Positions 18,901 through 27,819 of a DNA stretch of 64,000 nt are shown piece by piece; the first letter of the stretch is position 1, and each line of letters begins with the position of its first letter. The DNA lies in IMG/VR virus record IMGVR_UViG_3300035696_000004, positions 96,001 to 160,000 of that record; one strand, given 5' to 3'. This DNA is from a virus. Taxonomy: Duplodnaviria > Caudoviricetes. The notes beneath the pieces were generated by a model. That model was not told where the DNA came from. It searched no databases and was given only the letters and a program-made list of their open reading frames with translations. Position numbers and translations under genes: made by a program.

Positions 18901-20183
18901 TTGGTAGAGGCATTCCAGACACCTTGATAGACAACAGCACCCAGCAAGGACGACGGGATCTGGGACGACAACAGGCGGCCATCCGTACCCAGTTGAGCAA
19001 TGCCGTTAGCAGCACCAACGATAGCCGAATTCACCGGAACAAACCCGAGGGCTGTTTCGATGCTGCTTTGCGTCATCGCTGCAATAACGGATGCCGAAAT
19101 CGTCGACAGTTTGGAGTCGATTTGTTCCGTGCTGTAGACATCCAGATTGGCACGGGCCGTAACAAAGTTGGCCAGATCCGACAGGTTGCTGGCTTTAGCC
19201 AACGCAGCGGAGGCCGCATTTGCCAAGGCTTCATTGGCGGTGGTCTGCGCAGCAGCGGCAGCGGCGATAGCCGCCTGTGCATCAGACTCTGCCTGATTGG
19301 CAGTCGTTTGCGCGGAAGACGCACTGGTTTGGGCAGCCGTTGCCAACGAGTTGGCCGTAGCGGCATTCCGAATACCCGTTTGAGCATCCGTTTCCGCTTG
19401 GTTAGCAGTTGATTGTGCAGCCGTTGCAGCGGACTGAGCAGTCGTCGCGGTCGTTTGTGCCTGGTTGGCTGTCGATTGTGCTGCCAGAGCAGCACCATCT
19501 GCCGTAGCTGCATTCGCCAGTGCTTGTTGCGCATCGCTTTCAGCGGTGTTGGCTTTGGTCTGGGCAGCTGCTGCTGCCGTAATGGCAGTTTGAGCGTCTT
19601 GCTCTGCCTGATTGGCTACGCCCGTTGTGGCACTCAGCGTCGTACTCAGCGACTGGAGATCCGTTTCCTTCGCATAAACAGGGAACGGATTGACTTCTGC
19701 TTGCAGTTCAGCGATCTGATCCCCCACATACGCTTGGGTCGCATACAGAGAGGCGCTGCCATCGACCACAGTCACGCTGGTCGAGTTGCTTTCAGCGACG
19801 ATCATCTGGATCGGCAGCGGGTTCGGGGCGCCGTTCGTTGCCACTTCTTTCAGAGTCGCCGGGACGTTGGCAATGACCAAGAGCGTACCAGACGAATCCA
19901 CAATCCCTGCTTCGCGAATCGTCCAGCCCCCGATCGTATTCGGGATGACGATATTGGCCAGCAGCTGATTGGTATTTTTGGGGTCTTTGTAGACCGACCC
20001 GTATTGAGAGAACGGGAAGGCGTGGACCTGGTTGACGAGTGCGGTGTCGGATTCTTCAGGTGTGGTGGCAGCGCCGTTACCGTCCCCAACCACCATCGCG
20101 TGAAAGTCGAGCGCAGCACCACCAGCATCGGCTGCTGCTTTAGCAGCAAGACCGGCGGTCGTCCAGATTGTACCGTAAGTCAT
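15951..20183 (-). CDS. long tail fibre (P2 gpH-type N-terminal anchor, coiled coil, repeats, C1q-like tip)
   Basis: Start probably 20183; TTAGLAAKAAA...VGDGNG...GGWTIREAGI N-terminus; ALGFTP repeats; C1q-like C-terminus. Confidence 0.88.
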   Translation of the reverse strand: MTYGTIWTTAGLAAKAAADAGGAALDFHAMVVGDGNGAATTPEESDTALVNQVHAFPFSQYGSVYKDPKNTNQLLANIVIPNTIGGWTIREAGIVDSSGTLLVIANVPATLKEVATNGAPNPLPIQMIVAESNSTSVTVVDGSASLYATQAYVGDQIAELQAEVNPFPVYAKETDLQSLSTTLSATTGVANQAEQDAQTAITAAAAAQTKANTAESDAQQALANAATADGAALAAQSTANQAQTTATTAQSAATAAQSTANQAETDAQTGIRNAATANSLATAAQTSASSAQTTANQAESDAQAAIAAAAAAQTTANEALANAASAALAKASNLSDLANFVTARANLDVYSTEQIDSKLSTISASVIAAMTQSSIETALGFVPVNSAIVGAANGIAQLGTDGRLLSSQIPSSLLGAVVYQGVWNASTNTPALASGVGTKGYYYKVSTAGSTTVDGISTWNVGDTIIFNGTTYDKIDGIANELLSFNGRTGAISLTSADVVSALGFTPLANTSAAIAAVLGYTPVANTAAALEAALGFTPYNATNPNGYISGNQTITVTGDVTGSGSTALALTLSNTGVAAGTYTKVTVDAKGRVSAGTALSSTDVSGALGYTPLQATVGAIVVALGYNPVAATAAAIESALGFTPINAALLGAKSGVAELDSNGYLLPAEFPGLTGDVTVAAGSLTATLAASGIAAGTYGVVTVDAKGRATAGRALASADVTAALGFTPISTALEGVAGGVATLDSNGKIPTSQLPASVLGAENYQGTWNASTNTPTLASGTGTKGYFYKVSVAGTTTLDGVSSWSVNDFVTFDGTTWDKIDGQSTEVGSFNGRIGAVTLTSSDVTTALGFTPATAAAASQAESDAQTAITNAATAQTKANTAETDAQTGITNAAAAQTSANSALTQIANAVTQLFNGVVSVSVTGYTSLALSAAQLANATIKLTGVTTAATTIVFPLVGNWIVENQTTGGYAVTAQGATGTGIALPNNGSMVVYGDGTNINGVVGQSACYVPYEFTATANQTTFNLNYAPNLLQAFVQGRKLPASDFTATNGSTVVFPSGTFAGGENVSFVAWYGYSSTNATLLRVTTEFTATASQASFSQSGFSYIPGLVDVFVNGVKYGLPDFTATDGLTVTMTTPSLIPAGALVQVVAYLPYNIANCPTLVQMQQSQMGANGITSVSAVAVLTTSVMGQMLLLKTATQSTLPSASTFPAGYAIQFVSMIAGATVVPAGTDGIYSGATKYSVLTFGNSDTAILKSDGVSAWYIAEGSMVTKVAMSNFSVYQSSAQTITAGAWNALNFQTATFDDLGEFTLGTAGKFTAVNAGTYVFTGAVLGSSTTAGTRALAIYVNGVLKVYLASSNSNGNLPLGTTSGPIKLNAGDYVQLYYNPAVADTLIASSIYTFFGGYRVK

Positions 20184-20284
20184 GAGGGGATTCCAATCGT
20201 ATCGATTAAGGTTAATACACTTCACTTCTGCGCAAAATGAATTGCTATTGTGAATCTATGTATCACAGTATTTTGCGACCATTT

Positions 20285-20336
20285 CAGCCATAAAGGAGTA
20301 CCCTCACCCGGGCGGTGAGGGTACTCCGACTATGTC
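20285..20336 (-). terminator. hairpin terminator followed by TTTATGGCTG
   Basis: 14-bp stem GGAGTACCCTCACC/GGTGAGGGTACTCC. Confidence 0.75.
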
Positions 20337-23242
20337 CTAGTCTCAATGTTCATGTTACCGGCTGTTGCCAGCCGAGTCATGGTTCCTGCGGATACATACC
20401 ACAGTTTTGCGACTTTGTGAAGACCGAAAAATGTCTTCTTGCTCAGGACCGACGTGACCTGTCCGTGGTTTGCTGCTGCTTGCAATGCCATGTACGACGG
20501 GGTTTGTTCAAGCGAACCATCCACCGAGAATACACTGAAGTTGTCCGTACCCGCTGTGCTGTTCGAGAAGGACAGGGAACCGGATCCGTTGAACTCAGTA
20601 CCGATTCCGTACATCTCCATCTCGGCTTCAACAGCAGGTGCAGCAACCAGAGCCGCTGTGGTAGCAGCACTCGTAATCCCTTTACGGAACTCACGAGTCA
20701 GTCCTGCCTCACGACCATCCAGATAGTTCCGCTCACCTCCACAGAACGACTTCACGCTGTAGCGTGTTCCGCTGTTATACAGCAGCGGGAAGAGATAGGC
20801 CTGATTACCGGACCACGTGGCAAACTCAGACAACAATGCAGCATTCGCATATTTCCTGAGCTGCACAGCAGCTGTCGTGTATTTCACATACGCCCAGACG
20901 ACATCAGCATTGTATCCCGATACCGCCGACAGGTCGCCAAACGACAAGCTGTTGGTCGATGTGGTCGTGGTCAATTTACCCGTACCGTCAATCACCAGTT
21001 TGTTGTTGATGTAAACGAAGTAGTCCGATCCTTTCCCCGTCACGTAAATGACGTTCTCGGCTGATCTGAGGTCCACCTGATAGATTGCATCCGGTGTTCC
21101 TGCCAGTGCTCCGCCTGTTGCAATGAACCCTTCCTGCATCGAAATGATCAATGCTTTCGTGCCATCCAAAATCTGAATAGCGGCTTCACCGGACAACGTA
21201 GACGCACCCGAACTCGATTCAATCCGGGCTTTGGCAACCACGGACCATCCATTCGCATTGCTGAACCCAGCAGACGCTTTGGTGTAATACCCGGTATCGG
21301 TCGTAGCGTATGCGCCCGCAGACTGGAACAACCGGCTATTGAGAATCGACATGACATTCGATTCACCTGCCGTCCCTGTAAACGTATACCCGAGCGTAGA
21401 AGGCAACGCCGTAAAGAGCGACGACACCGTCCAGGCAATGGATTCCGGAAGACCGCAACCTAGCGTTGCTTGAGCGAGGTCTCTCCAACCCTCCGACATC
21501 GTGAACGTCTGCGCCGTCAACGACTTCGTTGTCGTTCCACCCGTGTTGGAACTGGTCAGAGTGATGAAGTCTGCACCGTCGCCCACAACCCGATACGTCA
21601 CGCCCACGTCTGTCGCGAGGCCGGCGATTGCTGTTCCGGACAAGCTGTACAACGTACCATCTCCACGATAGAGATAGAGCGTCAATACACCAGTCGCAGA
21701 TACAAAGCCCACGAGCCGGTCGTGATCGACACCGTATGCGATATCGAACAAGATCTCGCTAGCGGATGCTGTCGGTACAGTCCCACGCCAAATGATCGAG
21801 CCCTGCTTCCCGTCAAAGAAGTTCTTGGCGGGTTGTTGGAGACCTTTAGATTGGTTGATCGGAGACCCTGTCAGGAATTTCAACTGTTGGTCAAACAAAC
21901 CACTCGACTGAAGGAACGTGTTTGCCGAAGGGGACTCAACCATGAAACAGGTCGAGTAACCCGGGGTCGAAGTCCACGTCGGGCTCGACGTCCCCAAGAT
22001 GTAATTCCCAAGGGGATACTTCGAACGCGTTGTTCCTTTAAGAACAGGATAGTTCGTCGAATTGGTCGTGCCGGTCGTCGCCACGACGTAGTATTGCGTA
22101 CCCGCTGTCAATGCTGCTGGCGTTGTCAACGGAAGTCTATACCACGCACCGTAAGCCTTACTCGTGATGCGCAGCAGATTCATGGTCGCCGTAGCACCAC
22201 TGATCGCAGCACTCGGAAGACCCGAACCATTGTCGGTATAGATAGAGAAGGTAACCGTTTGGTTAGCCGAACCCACCTTTGCCAGTTTGACCCAGACGTA
22301 GCCGTAGGTTCCCGTCTCACCAACTTTGAAACCCGATGCGACATTGACATTCGACGCTGCTGAACCAATCGGAAACGAAGTATCATCCTGAATCTGGAGC
22401 GTAGCCGGTTCAAAACGAATCAGGTTGTCAGTCTGATTATCGACCATCTCGTGACCCAGATAGGCGCCGCCCCATTGATGATTGAACGTATCCGGAATCC
22501 ACCCAGCACGAACAATATCTCGCCACTTTCCATCAACGGATGGATAGAGCAAGTTCGTCAGGAAAGCCGACGACCCAAAAGGCAGCCCAGCACCTGTTTG
22601 CAGGGACGCTACGGCCGCCTGAGCGGCTTTCGCCTGTGTGATGCCAGATTGTGCATCTGATTCAGCTTGGTTCGCTGTAGACTGCGCTGCGGCTGCGGCA
22701 GCGATACCCGTTTGAGCATCGCTTTCAGCGGTGTTGGCTTTGGTCTGCGCAGCACTCGCTGTATTGCTGATCGAAGCGAGCTGATCCTGGACGTACGCTT
22801 GGCTTGCCATGACATCGGTTTGATCGCTGATGATCGATACGGCAGATGTCGACGTTACAGCAATGGCAGCACGCACTACAAAGGTCCCTACAGATCCATC
22901 CGCCGAGACTGTCTTGGTTTGGGCAGGGTAGTTACCCACCGCCAAGATGTCTCCCGATCCATCCAGGATAGCAAATTCACGAATGGTGAATCCGCCTACC
23001 GATGCTGGGAGATCCAGCTCCACCAGAATCTGTCCGGCTGTATTGGGATCAGGATAGCAGTTGGTAACCGCTGCACTGTAAACTTTATTTTTCAGACCAT
23101 TGACAATGGTCGTTGGATTGACAAAGGCACCACTACCATCGCCGAGTTGAAATGTGACGAAATCAACCGCTGTTTTGTTGGCAATAGCAGTGGCGAGGAT
23201 AGAAGCCCCCGCGGGCGTCAGCAGAGTGTAATACGTGCTCAT
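20330..23242 (-). CDS. second tail fibre (P2 gpH-type N-terminal anchor, LamG-like domains)
   Basis: YYTLLTPAG...GDGSG...GGFTIREFAI N-terminus; shared AESDAQ coiled coil; beta-rich distal part. Confidence 0.85.
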   Translation of the reverse strand: MSTYYTLLTPAGASILATAIANKTAVDFVTFQLGDGSGAFVNPTTIVNGLKNKVYSAAVTNCYPDPNTAGQILVELDLPASVGGFTIREFAILDGSGDILAVGNYPAQTKTVSADGSVGTFVVRAAIAVTSTSAVSIISDQTDVMASQAYVQDQLASISNTASAAQTKANTAESDAQTGIAAAAAAQSTANQAESDAQSGITQAKAAQAAVASLQTGAGLPFGSSAFLTNLLYPSVDGKWRDIVRAGWIPDTFNHQWGGAYLGHEMVDNQTDNLIRFEPATLQIQDDTSFPIGSAASNVNVASGFKVGETGTYGYVWVKLAKVGSANQTVTFSIYTDNGSGLPSAAISGATATMNLLRITSKAYGAWYRLPLTTPAALTAGTQYYVVATTGTTNSTNYPVLKGTTRSKYPLGNYILGTSSPTWTSTPGYSTCFMVESPSANTFLQSSGLFDQQLKFLTGSPINQSKGLQQPAKNFFDGKQGSIIWRGTVPTASASEILFDIAYGVDHDRLVGFVSATGVLTLYLYRGDGTLYSLSGTAIAGLATDVGVTYRVVGDGADFITLTSSNTGGTTTKSLTAQTFTMSEGWRDLAQATLGCGLPESIAWTVSSLFTALPSTLGYTFTGTAGESNVMSILNSRLFQSAGAYATTDTGYYTKASAGFSNANGWSVVAKARIESSSGASTLSGEAAIQILDGTKALIISMQEGFIATGGALAGTPDAIYQVDLRSAENVIYVTGKGSDYFVYINNKLVIDGTGKLTTTTSTNSLSFGDLSAVSGYNADVVWAYVKYTTAAVQLRKYANAALLSEFATWSGNQAYLFPLLYNSGTRYSVKSFCGGERNYLDGREAGLTREFRKGITSAATTAALVAAPAVEAEMEMYGIGTEFNGSGSLSFSNSTAGTDNFSVFSVDGSLEQTPSYMALQAAANHGQVTSVLSKKTFFGLHKVAKLWYVSAGTMTRLATAGNMNIETRT

Positions 23243-23272
23243 GACGTTGACCTTATTATTAGACGTTTGACA

Positions 23273-23857
23273 TTACGTGCTCGACGAAGGATAAACCGTG
23301 ATGCTACTATTGACCGTGACAGACGAACCAATATAGACAGACCCGCCAATAGACAGGCTGGTTCCTGGTACCGCGTTGACCCAACGAACGGTTAGAGGTC
23401 CTTGGAAGAGCAAACTGGTGCTCGCCATCTGTACCGTCAATGAGCTACTGAAAATACCGGCGATGTAATTATCCGATACTGTTGGAAAGACGCCATCAAC
23501 GAAATCATCCGCTGTCAAGTTCAAGCCATACTGGCTATTGAACTGAGCGACCACATCCGAGAATGACACGCTGCTAGCTGTTGTCTCGAAATAGATCTCT
23601 GGGATATCCGTATCGATGTCCAGGATATCGTGCAGATTGATCCGCGAATATTTGACCGAAATACTCCCCGAATACCCGCTACCTGCTTTGGCAGATAACG
23701 TAATCGCCGTGTTTTCACCTCCGTTCGTACTCGGATCTATCGCTACAGGAATCCCCGGCGTCACCAGATCCGCCGAGATGAAGACGGGTTCGGTATTCGC
23801 CGACGCAATCAAGTCCATCAGGTTTTCAAGACCTGTTTTGTTGGCTTCGAGTTTCAT
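23273..23857 (-). CDS. phiKZ-type virion tail/baseplate paralog 1 with C-terminal extension
   Basis: LMDLIASAN, ENTAITLSAKAGSGYSGSISVKYSRI, YGLNLTADD shared with three neighbours. Confidence 0.75.
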   Translation of the reverse strand: MKLEANKTGLENLMDLIASANTEPVFISADLVTPGIPVAIDPSTNGGENTAITLSAKAGSGYSGSISVKYSRINLHDILDIDTDIPEIYFETTASSVSFSDVVAQFNSQYGLNLTADDFVDGVFPTVSDNYIAGIFSSSLTVQMASTSLLFQGPLTVRWVNAVPGTSLSIGGSVYIGSSVTVNSSITVYPSSST

Positions 23858-23886
23858 TTTAGTCTCGTGTCAAGTTAATGGGTCAT

Positions 23887-24507
23887 TTAGCTAGCCGGCC
23901 CCACAGTGATGGATTGACTGATTGTCGTTGCAGCACCTTGGTAGGTCTCTGCATCCAACTCTATAGAAGTCGGTGTTGTCAAACCACCCAAGTTCACTGT
24001 CAGCACCACCTGATCCAGAGGAACGAGGTCATTCTGAATCGTGATCGGGAGTTGACCTAGCCAGACGAGTGCCGTCGACGATGCTGTCAAACCCATGGAC
24101 TCGGTCCCATTCGGGAGGAGTGGGTTTAGATTAATCGTGGCATCGACAATATCGTCCTGCGTAATCTGAAGACCATATCGAGTGTTAATCTCTGTCAAGA
24201 GACCACTCAAGGTGGTCGATCCATTCCGGCTAAACACTGTCGAGAGTGCGCCAGGAATGGAGGACATTTCAATTCTGTTGTACTTCACGGTGACGCTATC
24301 GCTGTAACCAGAACCTGCAATAGCGGTCAGTGAAACGGACGTGTTACCAGCATCGTCACCAACTAAAACAACAGGGCCGCCGATATCAACCTGTTCTGTT
24401 GTCAATGGTGACAGGAGTGAGCCATTTTGAGTATTGGTGTCATTGACCAAGTCTAGCAAAATCTGCTGGCTGGGCTGATTATAATTGCTCACAAAAGAAG
24501 ACGCCAT
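23887..24507 (-). CDS. phiKZ-type virion tail/baseplate paralog 2 with C-terminal extension
   Basis: LLDLVNDTN, GNTSVSLTAIAGSGYSDSVTVKYNRI, INTRYGLQIT. Confidence 0.75.
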   Translation of the reverse strand: MASSFVSNYNQPSQQILLDLVNDTNTQNGSLLSPLTTEQVDIGGPVVLVGDDAGNTSVSLTAIAGSGYSDSVTVKYNRIEMSSIPGALSTVFSRNGSTTLSGLLTEINTRYGLQITQDDIVDATINLNPLLPNGTESMGLTASSTALVWLGQLPITIQNDLVPLDQVVLTVNLGGLTTPTSIELDAETYQGAATTISQSITVGPAS

Positions 24508-24571
24508 GGGGAGATCTCAGGGTGGAATAATCTAAAGAACTGACCATAGGATTCGTTGTAAAAACCACCGT

Positions 24572-24610
24572 GGCGGCATAAAAAACCACAGGACCGAAGT
24601 CCCGTGGTTT
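24572..24610 (-). terminator. cUUCGg hairpin terminator followed by TTTTATGCCGCC
   Basis: Stem-loop immediately after the 24628 stop. Confidence 0.8.
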
Positions 24611-24627
24611 CGGAGCTGAGGCCGCGA

Positions 24628-25167
24628 TTAGGCGGTCGGAGCGGTGTACACCAGGCCCGGCAGGTTCAGCGTGGTGATCACGCTGGTCAGCGGTACGTCG
24701 TTGTTGTCGAGGGTCAGGGTCAGCGAACCTTCCCAGACGAGCGACGTGGACTTGGCGGTGATGGTGAACGGCAGCGAGTCGTGCGGCTGGTTCGGGAACA
24801 CCGGCAGGGCGGCGTCTTCGTAGTCGTCGGCGGTCAGGTTGATGCCGTAGGTCGCGTTGATTTCCGGGATGAGGTCGGAGATCTTGGTCGCGGAACCTTG
24901 GGTGTAGACGGTCGACTTGGCGCCGGGGATGGAGCTCATCGGCACGCGGTTGTAGTTCAGGCTGACGTTGCCACTGTAGCCCGAGCCAGCGGCCGCGGTC
25001 ATGGTGATGTTGGTGTCGCCATTGGCGTTGCCGGCTTGGGCAACCGGTGCGCCGAAGGTAACGAGTTCCGGCGTCAGCGCGGTGACCAGCGAGGCCGAGT
25101 TGGCCGAGTTGATCAGGTCGATGAGGATCTGTGCCGGTGCCTTGGTGAAATCGGGAGTGTATGCCAT
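24628..25167 (-). CDS. phiKZ-type virion tail/baseplate paralog 3 (highly expressed codon usage)
   Basis: LIDLINSAN, GDTNITMTAAAGSGYSGNVSLNYNRV, INATYGINLT. Confidence 0.8.
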   Translation of the reverse strand: MAYTPDFTKAPAQILIDLINSANSASLVTALTPELVTFGAPVAQAGNANGDTNITMTAAAGSGYSGNVSLNYNRVPMSSIPGAKSTVYTQGSATKISDLIPEINATYGINLTADDYEDAALPVFPNQPHDSLPFTITAKSTSLVWEGSLTLTLDNNDVPLTSVITTLNLPGLVYTAPTA

Positions 25168-25246
25168 TGCTTTGGTTTCCTGATAGAGGATGATGGGACA
25201 AAAATGCGGTGTGGACCAGAGGATTACTCCCCCCGCATACTATTAC

Positions 25247-25792
25247 TCAATCCCCGGAAGCAGTTCCAGGGAAGGTCAATCCTAACAACACCAGATTCCT
25301 CGTCAACACGACTTCTTTGAGAGGAATCGGATCACCTGGCCACCGTGGGTATAGGGTTATGCTACCCAGCCACCCCAGCGAGGTGGCTTCGTTGATGGTC
25401 AGGGTGTAGGAATCTTCAACTGTCGTAATCGTCTTATCGACGATTTCATCAGTGGTCAGATTCAGCCCTAAGGCTGTATTGATTCGATCAATGACACTGG
25501 ACAACGTGAACGGAACAACAGGGAGAACCACTTCCTTAATGATGCCGTCAGGTAAGTTATTCAGAATACTGATGTTCAGTCGTTCATAATACACCGTCTC
25601 CGGGAAGGCGACTGCATCACCCTCTAGCGGCTGGACGGTGACGGCAGTGTTTCGCCCCTCGGCATCGGAATACGACTGAGGTGAGCCAAATGCAAAATCA
25701 ACTCCGACAACAAACTGTTTCTGATTGTCTGTGTTGATCATTGAGACCAGTCGTTCGGCACTGGTTCCACTGTACGGGGTTAAATTAGGCAT
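25247..25792 (-). CDS. phiKZ-type virion tail/baseplate paralog 4
   Basis: LVSMINTDN, GRNTAVTV, YYERL, INTALGLNLT. Confidence 0.75.
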   Translation of the reverse strand: MPNLTPYSGTSAERLVSMINTDNQKQFVVGVDFAFGSPQSYSDAEGRNTAVTVQPLEGDAVAFPETVYYERLNISILNNLPDGIIKEVVLPVVPFTLSSVIDRINTALGLNLTTDEIVDKTITTVEDSYTLTINEATSLGWLGSITLYPRWPGDPIPLKEVVLTRNLVLLGLTFPGTASGD

Positions 25793-25828
25793 TGGAGGGA
25801 CGTCCGTAGGTTTTCTTGGGGGATTCTC

Positions 25829-27190
25829 TTAGCTCGATGTTGATACGGGTTTAACAAAGACGGACAGACCGGTGTTGGTGCTATGTCGACCACCCATGAT
25901 GCCATCACCTAACTGGTGGACATAAGTGTGGGCTTTCAACAACACGCCATCCAACTGATTAATCTGATCATTTTCCAAATAGAGAATTCGAACCATCATT
26001 CCGGGAGTCAGGAGATCAGGATTCGAGTTCTGCCATTCAATGGCCATCACACCGCCCATTCTCTTCGCGAGTTTCGACATTTCTTCAAATGGATTCGCGT
26101 TGATCGTTGAGCCGCTGACAGGGGCGTAATTCGCACCATCAGAGCGTGTTTGCGCCGTGTATTCGCTGTTGAACGCGCCACGACTAATCAGTGCTTTGTT
26201 GTTCTTCACCGTTACAGCGGACGTGAGCATGGCCGCTGCATCCGTGTATCGAGCACCATTGCCCAAATTCATCTGAGCAATTGACGATTTGTCTTGGTGT
26301 TGAATTTTACCCGTCGCCAAGATTACCAGATTGTTCGCGTCCTTTCGATACGTACGTTCAATGTGAGGAAATCTATTTTCAGGCAAGTTAATGATAACTG
26401 CTGTGCGAGTGGTAGAATTGAAGCGTGTCACATCATAACACGGATAGAGATACCAGATCCCGTCCATGTAATAATGACCCATTCCCGCGTTGTAAACCCC
26501 TCCACATTCCTTTTGAAAATAGGCAGGTAGGTGCACAATCGGGATGCCATGTTTGATGACAATCGAGGTCCGTTGAGTGGCATTTGATGCTTTCACCATA
26601 TCAACACCGAGTACAACTGTTTTTTTATCGACAGTGACGGATTGGGACATCGATGTCATCATCCCTTTCAGTGCATCTTCGACTGTCGTATACCTCAGCG
26701 TACCCCCTGCATCGACGTAGCGGAGTTTCTCGAGTGCCTTGTCGAGCAGTTGAAAATGGATCTCGACGATGTTGGCGATGTCCATGGATTGCTCATCAGC
26801 CTGTCCTGATCCATTCTTCGTCATGGTAGGGGACCCCGTATCAATCAGGATCCCCCTGTAACGTTTGACTGTCATCGGGGACGACGCGTCCACCTGATCG
26901 CCGACTTCAGTCAAGGGTGTCTTAATGATGACAACATCGATGTTGTCTTTGTACGGATAAATGTGGTACGCATATTTACCCGCACCAATCAATGCCTTTA
27001 GCAAGAGTTCATCACCATACTTTCCTTCGAAGTCTTGATTGATGTCCAACGCCACCACCTTGATGACACTGTACGATCCACCGTCATCCACAGGGTACAA
27101 GACAGCATCGTATCGATAGTGCACGGGGAGACTCGTGTTCGTCGTGACTTTGACGACTTCGCTATAAAGCGCTGTGTTTTCGATTTCCAT
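25829..27190 (-). CDS. conserved phiKZ-like virion protein, baseplate hub-like
   Basis: 453 aa; GGVYNAGMGHYY...WYLYP and WQNSNPDLLTPGM motifs recalled from phiKZ-like structural genes. Confidence 0.65.
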   Translation of the reverse strand: MEIENTALYSEVVKVTTNTSLPVHYRYDAVLYPVDDGGSYSVIKVVALDINQDFEGKYGDELLLKALIGAGKYAYHIYPYKDNIDVVIIKTPLTEVGDQVDASSPMTVKRYRGILIDTGSPTMTKNGSGQADEQSMDIANIVEIHFQLLDKALEKLRYVDAGGTLRYTTVEDALKGMMTSMSQSVTVDKKTVVLGVDMVKASNATQRTSIVIKHGIPIVHLPAYFQKECGGVYNAGMGHYYMDGIWYLYPCYDVTRFNSTTRTAVIINLPENRFPHIERTYRKDANNLVILATGKIQHQDKSSIAQMNLGNGARYTDAAAMLTSAVTVKNNKALISRGAFNSEYTAQTRSDGANYAPVSGSTINANPFEEMSKLAKRMGGVMAIEWQNSNPDLLTPGMMVRILYLENDQINQLDGVLLKAHTYVHQLGDGIMGGRHSTNTGLSVFVKPVSTSS

Positions 27191-27195
27191 ACGAG

Positions 27196-27819
27196 TTAGC
27201 CCTTAGTATCCCACCGATACGCCCCGTTCTGCCGGTGGCTGGCAAACAGGTCCGCCATGCTTTCACGATCTGTGGATTTCTCTGGCACTGGAGCACCAGC
27301 GGTGTCTTGCGTCTCTTGGTCAGGGGATGGACCCAATATGTTGGCAAAGTCCACACGAGACAAACCACCCAAATGCCGTTTGAAGACGGAGGCGTGCTCT
27401 TCTTTGGTAAAGAACTTCTTGGCGTATGGGTGGATAGCTTGTGCAAAGTTATCCAGATCAATCAGATCTTGCAGAGGCGCTACATTCGGATTGACCGTCC
27501 TGTCCAAATAGTTGCGCCACGCTAGCAGATGGTCTTGCACACGTTGGTAGATCTTGGCGGTATCCGCTTGACGAGGGATGATGATGGTAGCGCCTTTCTT
27601 AAAGAACTCCACCATCTCATTGATCGTCTTTACGTAGGAACGCACTTCATTCGGAGTCTGCCGATCATAATAGGCATCACCCGAATAGGGCATCCCATAT
27701 TCACGAATCTGCTCTACCGACAGGGTTTCAATGAATTTCATCTGGCAGTAAAACTGTTCATTGAAAATGTAGTATTGCGTATCGCGGTCTTCAGGTGGTA
27801 CCCAGATCGGCATGTTCAA
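27196..27819 (-). CDS. conserved phiKZ-like hypothetical/virion protein
   Basis: 207 aa in the core structural operon. Confidence 0.6.
   Translation of the reverse strand: MNMPIWVPPEDRDTQYYIFNEQFYCQMKFIETLSVEQIREYGMPYSGDAYYDRQTPNEVRSYVKTINEMVEFFKKGATIIIPRQADTAKIYQRVQDHLLAWRNYLDRTVNPNVAPLQDLIDLDNFAQAIHPYAKKFFTKEEHASVFKRHLGGLSRVDFANILGPSPDQETQDTAGAPVPEKSTDRESMADLFASHRQNGAYRWDTKG

Noticed and set aside
15906-23395. Several long plus-strand Arg/Ser/Cys-rich ORFs
   Set aside because: Antisense to Ala/Thr/Gly-rich fibre genes; composition typical of shadows
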